A stretch of 64,000 bases of DNA, from contig JAXGQI010000008.1 of assembly GCA_040766525.1 (NCBI GenBank), positions 167 through 64,166 on the forward strand, read 5' to 3'. The notes below the pieces were generated by a model. The model made no database searches. It saw nothing but the letters and a program-made list of their open reading frames with translations, and had not been told where the DNA came from. Numbering within the stretch: position 1 is the stretch's first letter; each line of letters starts with the position of its first letter. This stretch comes from Clostridiales bacterium (lineage in GTDB: Bacteria > Bacillota > Dehalobacteriia > UBA7702). A program made the translations under genes and the position numbers. Positions 10,944-20,726 of this stretch are shown one piece after another.

Positions 10944-11606
10944 ATGCAGGTGAGTATTTTTGAGGCTTTGGGGCCGATCATGATCGGCCCTTCCAGTTCC
11001 CATACGGCGGGAGCGGCACGCCTTGCCCGTATCGCCGCCCAAATTGCCGGGCGGCCTTTTTCACGCGTTTCTTTCGGTCTCCATGGTTCCTTTGCCAAGA
11101 CATACCGCGGGCATGGAACCGATAAAGCGCTTTTGGCGGGAGCATTGGGTCTTATGGAGGATGACGAGCGCCTTTCCGAGGCTTTTCATTTGGCCAAAGA
11201 AAGAAATCTACGCTATGATTTTTACGAGCTGTTTTTGGAGCATGTCCATGAAAACACGGTGAAGATCACTTTTTATCATGATGATGGGGTGAGCGAAATC
11301 ATCGGTTCCTCGATCGGCGGCGGGCAAGTCGTCATTACGGAAATCGACGGTTTCGCTTTAGAATATCATGCTCAATCTGCGGCTTTGCTTTTAACGCAAC
11401 GGGATAAAAAAGGCGTGATCAGCAAAGTCACCGGGATTTTGGCGGAACATGACATCAATATCGGCGTGATGAAGGTGAGCCGCCGTGCCAGAGGTGATAT
11501 TGCGTATTGCATCCTTGAGGTGGATACGCCGGTTTCCGATGCGATTTTGACGGCGATCCGGGCTTGTGATGACGTTTTGCAAGCACGGGCCATCAATCCG
11601 GTTTAA
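10944..11606 (+). CDS. sdaAB: L-serine dehydratase (Fe-S) beta subunit with ACT domain
   Basis: GPIMIGPSSSHTAGA, GHGTD and GSSIGGG. Confidence 0.93.
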   Translation: MQVSIFEALGPIMIGPSSSHTAGAARLARIAAQIAGRPFSRVSFGLHGSFAKTYRGHGTDKALLAGALGLMEDDERLSEAFHLAKERNLRYDFYELFLEHVHENTVKITFYHDDGVSEIIGSSIGGGQVVITEIDGFALEYHAQSAALLLTQRDKKGVISKVTGILAEHDINIGVMKVSRRARGDIAYCILEVDTPVSDAILTAIRACDDVLQARAINPV

Positions 11607-11615
11607 GGAGGCGCT

Positions 11616-12498
11616 ATGGTTCAGAATTTTGGGGAAATGGCGGCTTTGGCCAAGGAGAGGCAAGTTTCTTTGGCCGCCATCATTTTGGAAAACGAAATCA
11701 AAAGTAACGGGACGGATGAAGCGGCGGTTTATGCCGGCCTCGCCGCCCATTATGAAGTGATGAAAAGTAGTGCGGGGAAGGCATTGGAGCAAGTATTGCC
11801 CATTGAATGCCCGTTGATCGAGGGGAATGCCCAAAGGCAGTTCCAATACTATAAAACCGGGAATACCATCAGCGGCGATTTGGTGAATCATGTGATGGCC
11901 CGGGCCCTCTCCGGCAGCGAGGTCAATGCCTCTATGGGGAAGGTTTGCGCTGCGCCGACGGCCGGGGCTTCCGGGATATTGCCCGCAGTTCTCCTGACCC
12001 TCGCGGAAAAGTACCGTTTGGAGGAACGGGCGGTTTTAGACGGTTTGCTGGTTGCTTCCGGGATTGGCGCTGTGATTATGGAATCCGCCACGGTTTCCGG
12101 TGCGGAAGGCGGTTGCCAGGCGGAGTGCGGGGTTGCCGCTGCGATGGCGGCGGGGGCGGCGGTGCATTTGGCCGGGGGCGGCGAAGATGTCCCGCTCCAT
12201 GCGGCGGCCTTTGCTCTCATCAATGCGATGGGCTTGATTTGTGATCCCGTTGCCGGTTTGGTGCAAGTTCCCTCGCGCGCAACGGAATGCCTCTCAAGCG
12301 GTGAATGCCCTTCTCAGTGCGGATCTGCTCTGGCTGGGATGCGGAGCATCATTCCCCTGGACGAAGTGGTGGAAGCCATATCGGGTCGGCAAGCAGATGC
12401 CGGTAGAATTAAGGGAAACAGCAAAAGGCGGTTTGGCTGTAACCAAAACCGCACTAGCGTATGAGAAAAAATTCCTTGCCGGGGAGTCAAAGATTTGA
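11616..12498 (+). CDS. sdaAA: L-serine dehydratase (Fe-S) alpha subunit (indels near the 3' end)
   Basis: EVNASMG, AAPTAGASG, SGAEGGCQAECG and GLICDPVAGLVQVP; ELRETAKGGLA lies in another frame. Confidence 0.92.
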
Positions 12499-12514
12499 GG
12501 GAAACTTAAACCTT

Positions 12515-12907
12515 TTATGAAGTCAGGGTTTGAACAAAATACTGCCTTTGCCTCGGCCCGTCAAATTCACAAAAATAGATCCCTTGCCAGGTGCCCAGGA
12601 CGAGGCGGCCATTTTCCACAATGACCGAAGCGGAAGCCCCCAGCAGGCTCGATTTCAGATGGGCGGCGGAATTTCCTTCCCGGTGGCGAAACTCTGCCCG
12701 GTCGGGAGAAATTTTGCCCAAAGCGAAGAGGAGATCGCGGACCACATCGGGGTCCGCATTTTCATTGATGGTGATGGCGGCGGTGGTATGAGGGCAATAG
12801 ATGAGGCAAGCCCCATTTTTTAGCCCGCTTGCCGTTATCGCTTTTTGAACCGCGGCAGTGATATCGTAAAAGCCTTCCCGCTCCGTGGCGAGATGAAATG
12901 TCTGCAT
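12515..12907 (-). CDS. yjbQ: YjbQ/UPF0047 family protein
   Basis: HTTAAITINENADPDV, HREGNSAAHLK and LGTWQGIYFCEFDGPR. Confidence 0.92.
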   Translation of the reverse strand: MQTFHLATEREGFYDITAAVQKAITASGLKNGACLIYCPHTTAAITINENADPDVVRDLLFALGKISPDRAEFRHREGNSAAHLKSSLLGASASVIVENGRLVLGTWQGIYFCEFDGPRQRQYFVQTLTS

Positions 12908-12909
12908 GG

Positions 12910-13377
12910 TTATTTTGCCCCTTCCGCTAAAAAGTCGAGGATCTCTTGGGCATTGCTATCCGGTTTTGCCTTGGGGAATACTTTCATGATGACGCCTTCT
13001 TCATCGATGACATAGGTCGTACGGACGACGCCGAAAGAGACTTTGCCGTAAAGCTTTTTCTCCTGCCAAACGCCATAAGCTTTGATCGCCGCCAATTCCG
13101 GATCGGCAAGGAGGATAAAGGGGAGCTCATATTTGGCGATGAAGCGTTCGTGGGACGCCAAACTATCTTTGCTGACGCCGATGATGACCGTATTTTGGGC
13201 CAGAAAATCTGTATAGGCGGCTTTAAAGGCCAGTGCTTGGCGGCTACAGCCGGGGGTATTGTCTTTGGGATAAAAATAGAGGACGACTTTTTTGCCGCGG
13301 AAATCTTTGAGGGATACGGCCTTGCCCTTTGTATCCATTAAGGTGAAATCCGGGGCGACGGTTTTTGCTTCCAGCAT
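12910..13377 (-). CDS. bcp: Peroxiredoxin Bcp
   Basis: LYFYPKDNTPGC peroxidatic motif. Confidence 0.92.
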   Translation of the reverse strand: MLEAKTVAPDFTLMDTKGKAVSLKDFRGKKVVLYFYPKDNTPGCSRQALAFKAAYTDFLAQNTVIIGVSKDSLASHERFIAKYELPFILLADPELAAIKAYGVWQEKKLYGKVSFGVVRTTYVIDEEGVIMKVFPKAKPDSNAQEILDFLAEGAK

Positions 13378-13431
13378 GAGATCGTCTCCTTTCTGATCTA
13401 AGAGTTTTGCGGTATTTTTGTGTTTATTCCC

Positions 13432-14130
13432 TTATTCCGATGGGATCAGAACAACATGATATTTCTTGATCAGATCATCAAACCCATATAAATAAGAGTC
13501 CTTGTATTCGTGGTAATAATATTCTGTGGTTGTTTGCATATCATTGACATCAGCCGCGGGGAACTGATCGCTGTTCATATAGATATATTGAGCGATACAC
13601 GTGCCCTTTTCTACATATGGCCGGATGCTCTCGCTCTTCCAGAAATCTTCTTCCGTCAAACCTTCATGCTGTAAACAATTGCGCAAAGCATTTTCCTGCA
13701 TTGCAATTATATCCTGGGATGTTATGATCATGTTCTCGATGCTTTTTATTTCCGTTTCCGGTAAGTCTTCCAGCTTTAAATTCTCTTCACAGGCTTGAAT
13801 AGTTTTTTCCAGTAAACTGACCTGTTCTTTGCGGGCGTCAATGGCAGCGTCAATCTCACTTTCGGAAACGGAAATATTCTGTTCCAATGCTTCGAGATAC
13901 AGTAATTCACTCATGATAGCGATTTCTTCATGTAATCCTGTGCTTTCAATGGGAACGGAGCCAAGGACTTTAAATAAATAATCCTCATTATAATAATAGG
14001 GTTCGCCGTCGATTGTGGCAATTTCTTTGCCATCTTGGGGGTAAATCTCCGTATCCACCGCTATATTTCCGCATCCGCTCAATAGTACCAGGCAAAAGCA
14101 TGTCAGTAATAATAGACTAAGCCGTTTCAA
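13432..14130 (-). CDS. Lipoprotein, possibly with a SurA-N-like helical domain
   Basis: Signal peptide with LSGC lipobox; ELLYLEA...ISVSESEIDAA resembles SurA/PrsA N-domains. Confidence 0.6.
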   Translation of the reverse strand: MKRLSLLLLTCFCLVLLSGCGNIAVDTEIYPQDGKEIATIDGEPYYYNEDYLFKVLGSVPIESTGLHEEIAIMSELLYLEALEQNISVSESEIDAAIDARKEQVSLLEKTIQACEENLKLEDLPETEIKSIENMIITSQDIIAMQENALRNCLQHEGLTEEDFWKSESIRPYVEKGTCIAQYIYMNSDQFPAADVNDMQTTTEYYYHEYKDSYLYGFDDLIKKYHVVLIPSE

Positions 14131-14166
14131 AATCTGCACCTCACTCGCTTATAATGATATTTACTA

Positions 14167-14544
14167 TTACTGCGGTTTTTTATGGCCGTGGTGATGGTGG
14201 CCGGTTTCGTCATCCCGGTGTTCGTGATGATGGCCGTGTTCATGATCATGATGCGCATGGTCGTGATCATCGCTGTGATGCTCGTGATGGTGATGATGCT
14301 CATGATGGTGGCAGGAACAAGTGCCGTTTTCCTGGGAGGCGGCGGATTTTTTTTGCAATTTTTGGGCATTTCCTTCCCCGTCTACGAGGTAGACGCTGTC
14401 TAAAGAAAGGGTTACTTTATTACGAAAGTCGGCGATATATTCTTCTCTGAGCTGTTTTTGCTCCGCCAGTTCTTCCGGCGTCAAAGTTTCTATTTTGGAT
14501 TTTCTCGCTAAGGCATTGATCCGATCGATTTTTGCTTTGTCCAT
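14167..14544 (-). CDS. DUF896/UPF0291 (YnzC-like) protein with a His-rich C-terminal tail
   Basis: IDRINALARKSK..LTPEELAEQKQLREEYI followed by CSCHHHEHHHHH... Confidence 0.85.
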   Translation of the reverse strand: MDKAKIDRINALARKSKIETLTPEELAEQKQLREEYIADFRNKVTLSLDSVYLVDGEGNAQKLQKKSAASQENGTCSCHHHEHHHHHEHHSDDHDHAHHDHEHGHHHEHRDDETGHHHHGHKKPQ

Positions 14545-14558
14545 CGGCCTCTCCTTTC

Positions 14559-15380
14559 TTATTTTAAGCTGATATTGCATTTGGCTTCTTTGAGGAAGCG
14601 GTCTTCATCAAAAGAACCGCTGCCGTGGGGGACGATGCTGCTGCCGGCGTCGGAACCGGGGAGAACATGTACGCCCAAAAGCAGCGCCTTTTCTACGGTT
14701 TTCATGTGTTGCTCAAAAATCTGTTGGACAAGGGTTTTGTCCCAGCCGGGTATCCAGCGGTCATAGCGGACGGCATTGCCGAAAGGGGCAATGGTGGGGA
14801 CCCAGACGGTACCCCGTTCTTTCATTATTTGGAGGCAATCATCATCCATAAAATAGCCGTGCTCAATCGTGGTGGCTCCCATTTCGATAGCGGCTTTGAT
14901 CCCTTCTTTACCATTGGTATGCACCATGATGGGCAGTCCGGTCTCTCGGCTGAAATCACGGATATAGTTGCGCTCTTGCTTATCGAAGAAGGGCGGTAAT
15001 TCTTGTTTGCCGTCGGTACAGTTGACGAGGCCGGTCATGATCACTTTAAGCAGGTCTGCTTTTTTGGCGAGCAAAAAATCGAGTTCCGCCTTTAAGTCTT
15101 CCAGATCATCCAGGCCGAACCCCAGGAGCTTCCCGTAGCAATTGGCTTTCACGAGAGCCGGCCCGGGAGAATCTAAGCGGATACCCAATTTTTGCGCTTC
15201 CTCCTTGAGGGTGAAGGCCACCATGTATTTATCGCCGCCGTCCCGTAGGTAGGTGAAGCCGTGATCTCTGTATTGCAATAGATTGTTATAGGCATTGTTT
15301 AAAGCTTCATTTTCAAATTTATCATCCCTGTCTTGCAGGCGAAAATTGCCGTAGCCGAGATGGATATGATAATCTCTCAT
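14559..15380 (-). CDS. Amidohydrolase family protein
   Basis: DYHIH, GFTYLRDGG, MVHTNG, TIEHG, WVPT and GSDAG. Confidence 0.85.
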   Translation of the reverse strand: MRDYHIHLGYGNFRLQDRDDKFENEALNNAYNNLLQYRDHGFTYLRDGGDKYMVAFTLKEEAQKLGIRLDSPGPALVKANCYGKLLGFGLDDLEDLKAELDFLLAKKADLLKVIMTGLVNCTDGKQELPPFFDKQERNYIRDFSRETGLPIMVHTNGKEGIKAAIEMGATTIEHGYFMDDDCLQIMKERGTVWVPTIAPFGNAVRYDRWIPGWDKTLVQQIFEQHMKTVEKALLLGVHVLPGSDAGSSIVPHGSGSFDEDRFLKEAKCNISLK

Positions 15381-15381
15381 T

Positions 15382-16233
15382 TTACATATTCCCCCAATAG
15401 ACATAGTCTAAAATTTCGCCTGCCGCTTCTCCCAATGCGATCATGTTTTTGCGGCTGGGCGGTTGATGATCCATCATTTGATAGCGTGGAAAAAAGCGGC
15501 TGATATGGAGCGGGATTTGTGGTGAAATCCCTTTGATCCATTGGGCAATGGCACGCATCTCTTCTACAGTATCATTCAACCCGGGGATGATCAAGGTTGT
15601 GAGCTCTAAATGACAATGTTCCGCCGCTAAGCGGATGCTCCGTTTTACCGGCTCCAAAGTGCCGCCGCAATAACTGCGGTAGAAAGAATCTTGGAAGGAT
15701 TTGAGATCGATATTCATCGCATCAATGTAAGGCAACAGCTCCAAGAAAGGGGCTTCCTCAATATAGCCGTTGCTGACTAAAACGGTTTTCAACTCCGCTT
15801 CCCGCAGTTTTACCGCTGTATCATAGACGAATTCATAGGAAATTAACGGTTCATTATAAGAAAATGCTAAGCCGATATTGCCCTTTTCCACCTGGGAAAG
15901 CGCGATCTTTACCAAATCTTCCGGCGTGTAATCCCGGGCCTGGCCGATTTTTTGGGAGATCTCATAGTTTTGGCAAAACCGGCAATGGAAATTGCAGCCA
16001 TACCCCCCAACGGTGAGGATATTGCTCCCTGGGAAAAACCGGTTCAACGGCTTCTTTTCAATCGGATCTAAAGCGATTGCTGCGATTTTTCCATACCCGT
16101 CGGCAGATAAGATGCCTTCTTGGTTGGTGCGGATTTGGCAGCGGCCGCTTTTCCCTGAGGGAATCCGGCAATGATGGGGGCAGAGACGGCAGACGACGGT
16201 GTCTCCTTCTCGTTCATAAAATCTTGCTTCCAT
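15382..16233 (-). CDS. amrS: AmmeMemoRadiSam system radical SAM enzyme
   Basis: CRLCPHHC, DPIEKKPL, GCNFHCRFCQN, SYNEP and LHISRFFP; adjacent to the AMMECR1/Memo fusion. Confidence 0.92.
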   Translation of the reverse strand: MEARFYEREGDTVVCRLCPHHCRIPSGKSGRCQIRTNQEGILSADGYGKIAAIALDPIEKKPLNRFFPGSNILTVGGYGCNFHCRFCQNYEISQKIGQARDYTPEDLVKIALSQVEKGNIGLAFSYNEPLISYEFVYDTAVKLREAELKTVLVSNGYIEEAPFLELLPYIDAMNIDLKSFQDSFYRSYCGGTLEPVKRSIRLAAEHCHLELTTLIIPGLNDTVEEMRAIAQWIKGISPQIPLHISRFFPRYQMMDHQPPSRKNMIALGEAAGEILDYVYWGNM

Positions 16234-16243
16234 CGGACGCTCC

Positions 16244-17650
16244 TTAATAATACCGTTCCACTTGAAAACGGAAAAGTTCAATCTTTTCCCACCCTTTAAT
16301 TTCTGCTTTTTCTTTGGCGATACGCACTTGTTCTTCGGCAGTATCAATTCCGTCGAGATTGGGCAATAACAGCCCTTGTTTCCTGCCGCTTTTTACGATC
16401 ACCCCATAAATTTTCGGGTCTAATTCCGCAATGCTGCTAATCGCTTCTTCCTCACCGAGGATATCGACGCTGATATCCAGATCCTCCAATTCTTCCTCTG
16501 TGATGGCGGGGAAGCGGGGGTCTTTGGCGGCGGCGCTGACGGCGCTCGCGATGATCTCTTCGGCGATATTCCGTTGGGTCGGCCTAACCGTGCCGATACA
16601 GCCTCGTAATTGGCCGAATTTTTTGATGGAGACGAAAGCGCCCGCCTGTTTTGTTCGTAGCTCTTCCGGAAGATCATTTGGCACCGGCATTTCTTTCCCG
16701 GTGCGGGTATAGGTTTCCACCGCATCTCTGGCGAGGTTCACCTCCAATGAGGAGAGCTTCCGTTTTTGCGCGGTTTTTTCTTTTGCCCATTGTTCATATA
16801 AGGCGAGAAGGTTTTGCTTCGTTTCTCTCCCCGGTTGTACCCGCGCGGTCATATATCCGACGCCGAAGGGCCCTTCATAGGAAAGGATCTCCGTTTCAAC
16901 CGTATAGCCGTCAAGCGCGCCTAAAAGCATGATGATGGATTTTTCGCCGCATTGCCCGGCTTTTTCCCGCAGTTGATCATCGATGGTCAATACTTGGAGT
17001 GGATCGCCGGATTTGAGCGCCTCAGCCAGGGCCTGGTCATAGGCGGGGCCTTCCGGCGTGTAGCCGTAGGGACCTTCCTCGGAGAGTTTATGGGAAAGAT
17101 CGCCGCTGGCGATGATGACGGTATCATCCGCAAATTCCTCAATGAGCCGACTGAGGATCATCCCCAGGCGATAATGGGCCCGCTTGTCCAATCCCGCAAG
17201 GGAGATGGGCACGAGGCGGTAATCCGTTACTTTTTGTCCGACATGGTAGAAAGGCACGATGATCCCATGATCAAGATCTTCTTTGATGCCGTAGCGCCGT
17301 AAGATCGAATGATGGACGGGGCCTGCGGATATCTGTTCTTCCTTCGCTGACGCTTCGACGGCGTGGACGAAAGCGGGATCATTATCGAAGCCCAGGATCA
17401 AGTTTTTTTGCCCGAATTGGGACAGATCACCGCTGATACGGCCATTATCCGGAATATAAAAATGATCGGAAAAATAAGGGCCGTGAGGGCTGATCACGAT
17501 GATCCGTTTCGGTTTTAAATCTGCGATTTCTTCTGCGATTTTCTTAAAACCGTCTAATGTTGCTTTGGCTTTGTTTTCCTCTCCTTTGCCAATGGCGGGA
17601 ATAAGGATGGGAGGATGGGGAAGAATATAACAACCGCTGATTTTGCCCAT
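16244..17650 (-). CDS. amrA: Fused Memo/LigB-like + AMMECR1 protein (AmmeMemoRadiSam protein A type)
   Basis: N-half PHPP, LDHG, ASGDLSH, YEGPFGVGY; C-half LRGCIGT, DPRF, GLLLP. Confidence 0.9.
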   Translation of the reverse strand: MGKISGCYILPHPPILIPAIGKGEENKAKATLDGFKKIAEEIADLKPKRIIVISPHGPYFSDHFYIPDNGRISGDLSQFGQKNLILGFDNDPAFVHAVEASAKEEQISAGPVHHSILRRYGIKEDLDHGIIVPFYHVGQKVTDYRLVPISLAGLDKRAHYRLGMILSRLIEEFADDTVIIASGDLSHKLSEEGPYGYTPEGPAYDQALAEALKSGDPLQVLTIDDQLREKAGQCGEKSIIMLLGALDGYTVETEILSYEGPFGVGYMTARVQPGRETKQNLLALYEQWAKEKTAQKRKLSSLEVNLARDAVETYTRTGKEMPVPNDLPEELRTKQAGAFVSIKKFGQLRGCIGTVRPTQRNIAEEIIASAVSAAAKDPRFPAITEEELEDLDISVDILGEEEAISSIAELDPKIYGVIVKSGRKQGLLLPNLDGIDTAEEQVRIAKEKAEIKGWEKIELFRFQVERYY

Positions 17651-17769
17651 ATTTTCACCTTCGTTTTTTTTATATTATTCTAACATTCTTATATGCCTTT
17701 TCGCAATAAAGGCGGCTGTTTTTCCCTTGGGGATACCGGTTTTGTGCCGACGTTTCCCTGATTCGGGGA

Positions 17770-17798
17770 TTGACAAACGAATGACCGCGCCTTATACT
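17770..17798 (+). promoter_or_regulatory. Sigma-A promoter of the NifB/NifX-family gene
   Basis: TTGACA-17 nt-TATACT, followed by the palindrome GCATATGC (17804-17811). Confidence 0.7.
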
Positions 17799-17871
17799 TT
17801 TGCGCATATGCCCGAAAGCAGGGGCAAAAGGTTATACGGTTTATGTTTGATTGGAAAAAGGAGGAGCTAAG

Positions 17872-18264
17872 ATGAAAGTAGCGATTACGACGGAGAATGA
17901 TCAGATTTTCCAGCATTTTGGAAAGTGTGGTCTCTTTACCATTTTTACGGTGGAAGACGGCCGCGTCAAGGGGAAGGAAGCCATTACCACGGAGGGGCGC
18001 GGCCACGGTTCCTTGGGGAATTTTCTGAAGGAACAAGGCGTTGATGTGCTGATTTGCGGCGGTATCGGCGGCGGCGCCAGAAACATGATGGTGGAAAATA
18101 ATATCCGGTTGATTTACGGGATTACCGGTTCGGTAGACCAAGCCATGGAGCAAGTCCTTGCCGGGGCATTGGCCAGTGATGAAGATGCCCAATGCAATCA
18201 CCACCATGGAGAAGAGGATCATCAATGCCACGGTCACGAAGAGGGGCATCGCTGCCATTCTTGA
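17872..18264 (+). CDS. NifB/NifX family (Fe-Mo cofactor-binding fold) protein with a His/Cys-rich tail
   Basis: MKVAI..HFGKC..VDVLICGGIGGGA; tail CNHHHGEEDHQCHGHEEGHRCHS. Confidence 0.88.
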   Translation: MKVAITTENDQIFQHFGKCGLFTIFTVEDGRVKGKEAITTEGRGHGSLGNFLKEQGVDVLICGGIGGGARNMMVENNIRLIYGITGSVDQAMEQVLAGALASDEDAQCNHHHGEEDHQCHGHEEGHRCHS

Positions 18265-18302
18265 CCCGATAGGAAATGGGCACGGAAAAAATGATGTAAA
18301 TT

Positions 18303-18335
18303 AGGGCTGCCACACCAATCTGGTCTGGCAGCCCT
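18303..18335. terminator. Bidirectional hairpin between convergent genes
   Basis: AGGGCTGCCA...TGGCAGCCCT. Confidence 0.6.
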
Positions 18336-18375
18336 TTAAAATATCGTTAGGTTGATGACCCTCGGCGTATTTGTC

Positions 18376-18837
18376 CTAGGGGATGATAATGAATGTTGGA
18401 TTCCTCGATTTTTGCTTGGCTTCTTCGTGTTCGGTTACGATTTCGATATAGCCCTCATCGCCGTTTACGATTACTAGATCGCCGGTTTTGATGCGTGCGA
18501 AAATATCCTCTTCAATATCGGTGACGACGGGTACCCCGGTGACGACTGCGGCGACGCCGGTACGGGAATCGATTTTGGGGAAGACCATGCCTGCCGGGGC
18601 CATGCCCCTTAATTTGGCTGCATGAAAGTGGCAAGACCAGCCGTTGGAGCCCTTGCCTCCTGAAATGATCAAGATCGAATCCTTGAGGCATTTTCCTTCA
18701 AAAGGATGGCCGATTTCCATGATAATCCCGGTCGCTTCATCCACTCCGGACCAGCCTTGGATCGTTTCTCTGCTGACCATTGCAACTCCTTTGGCAATTC
18801 CCGGGACCGCTCCCCGGCCATAAATTCTTTGTGCCAT
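18376..18837 (-). CDS. Aconitase X small (swiveling, DUF126) subunit
   Basis: G.A.VS, GHPFEG, GKGSNG and IKTGDLVIVNGDEG; overlaps the large-subunit stop codon. Confidence 0.85.
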   Translation of the reverse strand: MAQRIYGRGAVPGIAKGVAMVSRETIQGWSGVDEATGIIMEIGHPFEGKCLKDSILIISGGKGSNGWSCHFHAAKLRGMAPAGMVFPKIDSRTGVAAVVTGVPVVTDIEEDIFARIKTGDLVIVNGDEGYIEIVTEHEEAKQKSRNPTFIIIP

Positions 18838-20111
18838 TATTCCACCTCCCAAACACCGCTGATTGCGCTTGCGATACATTTTTCCAAAGAGCCGTAATAG
18901 ACCTTCACCTTGCCTTCGGGGGTAATATAATGGGCTTGCTTGGCGGAGTCAAAGGCGGCGGTTTTGCTGTTGGGCGGCATTTTTCCACTGGTTAAGGGGC
19001 AACTGCTGGTCAACAGGATTGCGCCGGCTTCCGCGATGGTTTTGGCATAGCCGCAGCGAACCGCAGTTTCTTTGATGGGGTTGGCCGTCCAGATATGGAG
19101 GACCGTATTTTCGGCGATGTGTTTCCCTTCCAGCAGTTTTGCAATGATTCGCAATTCTTCGATACTGTAATGGGGGCAGCCTAAGCTGATATAGTCGATT
19201 TTTGCGCTTTTATTGTTGCCATTTAGAATTTGCAAGGATTCTTTTAGGTCGTCTTCCGTAATGTCCATGGTAAAGACGGGATCTTTCCCGCCCAGAGCCG
19301 CTTCCAATGTCGGTGCTTCCGGCGTAATGCCGACGAGATGGCACATTTCCGGGCCTGCCGTCGTTGCCATGGCGGCAAAAAAGTATTTGATGGAAAAGAT
19401 ATTGGGGCGGTCTTCCAAGCCGTCGAGTACGGGGATGCTGTGGGTGGGCAGATACCGCCCGATGGTATACCCCAATAAATCCCAATCATAACTGTTTTTT
19501 AAAGAGCATTTGATATTGAAAACATGGGTGCCTTTTCTGTTCTCCATGATATGATTCCCCCATTTGGGAATCCTGCCGCAAGCGGCGGCCCAAAAGCCCG
19601 CTTCCAATCCGTCCGCATTGCCCGAAGCGCTCCAAAGCGAATTCATCAAAGTTACCGCATGGGATTCGCTGGAAACATAATGTTCGCCTTTTAAGGGAAT
19701 GAAGCCGCACATATAGGGGACGCAGGTGCCGACGAGATTGACGCCCTGTTCCCGGTAATATTGTAAGAAGGCCTGATTCTTTTGGCCTTCTGCTTCCGTT
19801 ACATACATTTTGGGGTAATGTTCGGGATCCATCGGTCCCGTGTCCGATTGGCAATAGCAGGCAAAAGGTTCCTGGGGCATGATGGTATCGCTGCAATACT
19901 GCATTTGGGAGATCGTTTCGGGAATACGGTCGCTCCCTGCGGCGTTGAGGTAGCCATGAGCGCCGCAAAAAAGATGGGCCATCGTGACTTCAGCCAGTTC
20001 TTCGGCCCCGAGAACATGGGCGTATTCGACGATCTTGGTGAGGGCCTGCTGCTTTAAGAGGCCATGGGTTCCCGCCAGCATCTCTTTTTCATATTCGGTT
20101 AGTTTAAGCAA
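18837..20111 (-). CDS. Aconitase X catalytic (DUF521) subunit
   Basis: LTEYEKEMLAG, TCVPY, ESHAV..NS, HLVGITPEA, LGCPHYS and DSAKQAHY. Confidence 0.88.
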   Translation of the reverse strand: MLKLTEYEKEMLAGTHGLLKQQALTKIVEYAHVLGAEELAEVTMAHLFCGAHGYLNAAGSDRIPETISQMQYCSDTIMPQEPFACYCQSDTGPMDPEHYPKMYVTEAEGQKNQAFLQYYREQGVNLVGTCVPYMCGFIPLKGEHYVSSESHAVTLMNSLWSASGNADGLEAGFWAAACGRIPKWGNHIMENRKGTHVFNIKCSLKNSYDWDLLGYTIGRYLPTHSIPVLDGLEDRPNIFSIKYFFAAMATTAGPEMCHLVGITPEAPTLEAALGGKDPVFTMDITEDDLKESLQILNGNNKSAKIDYISLGCPHYSIEELRIIAKLLEGKHIAENTVLHIWTANPIKETAVRCGYAKTIAEAGAILLTSSCPLTSGKMPPNSKTAAFDSAKQAHYITPEGKVKVYYGSLEKCIASAISGVWEVE

Positions 20112-20112
20112 A

Positions 20113-20697
20113 TCAATCTTCTCCTTTAAGTGCATCCGCATCAAAATCATAATAGGTAGAAAAGCAATAGTGGATGCTATCGGTTTTGCCGCTGTTTTTA
20201 TACGAATGGGGCGTATTCGCCTCGATACAAAAGGTGTCCCCCTCCTCTAAAAAATAGGTTTGATTGCCGATCGTTAATTCCAGGGTTCCTTGGAGGATCA
20301 CCCCGATTTCATCATTGCTGTGGGAATGGGGTTCCCGATCCGCCGTACCCCCGGAAACGCCTTCCGGTTCGATCGTAATGCAATACCCTTTCAATTTGGA
20401 GTCTTTGGGGCTGATCGCCTCATATTTTGCTTTCGACGGTTCAAAGTAAAATACCGTTTCCCGATCGCGTTTGCGCAAAATATGTTCTTTTGTACTGAAA
20501 GGCTCTAAAAATGCGGACATGTCAACGCCGAGGACTTTGCAAAGATCAAATAATGTGCTGATCGTCGGGCTGGTTAAATCCCGTTCAATATTGCTTAGAT
20601 AGCCGATGGACAAACCGCTCCTTTCAGAGAGTTGTTTCAGCGTCAGCGCTTTTGCTTTTCTGATTGTGCGTAGTTGTGGACCGATTGATGCCAGCAT
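20113..20697 (-). CDS. XRE-family HTH regulator with a cupin domain
   Basis: LKQLSERSGLSIGYLSNIER HTH; HSH..E..G.L cupin motif. Confidence 0.9.
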   Translation of the reverse strand: MLASIGPQLRTIRKAKALTLKQLSERSGLSIGYLSNIERDLTSPTISTLFDLCKVLGVDMSAFLEPFSTKEHILRKRDRETVFYFEPSKAKYEAISPKDSKLKGYCITIEPEGVSGGTADREPHSHSNDEIGVILQGTLELTIGNQTYFLEEGDTFCIEANTPHSYKNSGKTDSIHYCFSTYYDFDADALKGED

Positions 20698-20726
20698 AGT
20701 TCTCCCTCATTCCATCAGAATCTGAT

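Noticed and set aside
14154-14450. Met/Val-rich and Asp/His-rich ORFs on the + strand
   Set aside because: They are antisense shadows of the poly-His codons of the DUF896 gene.
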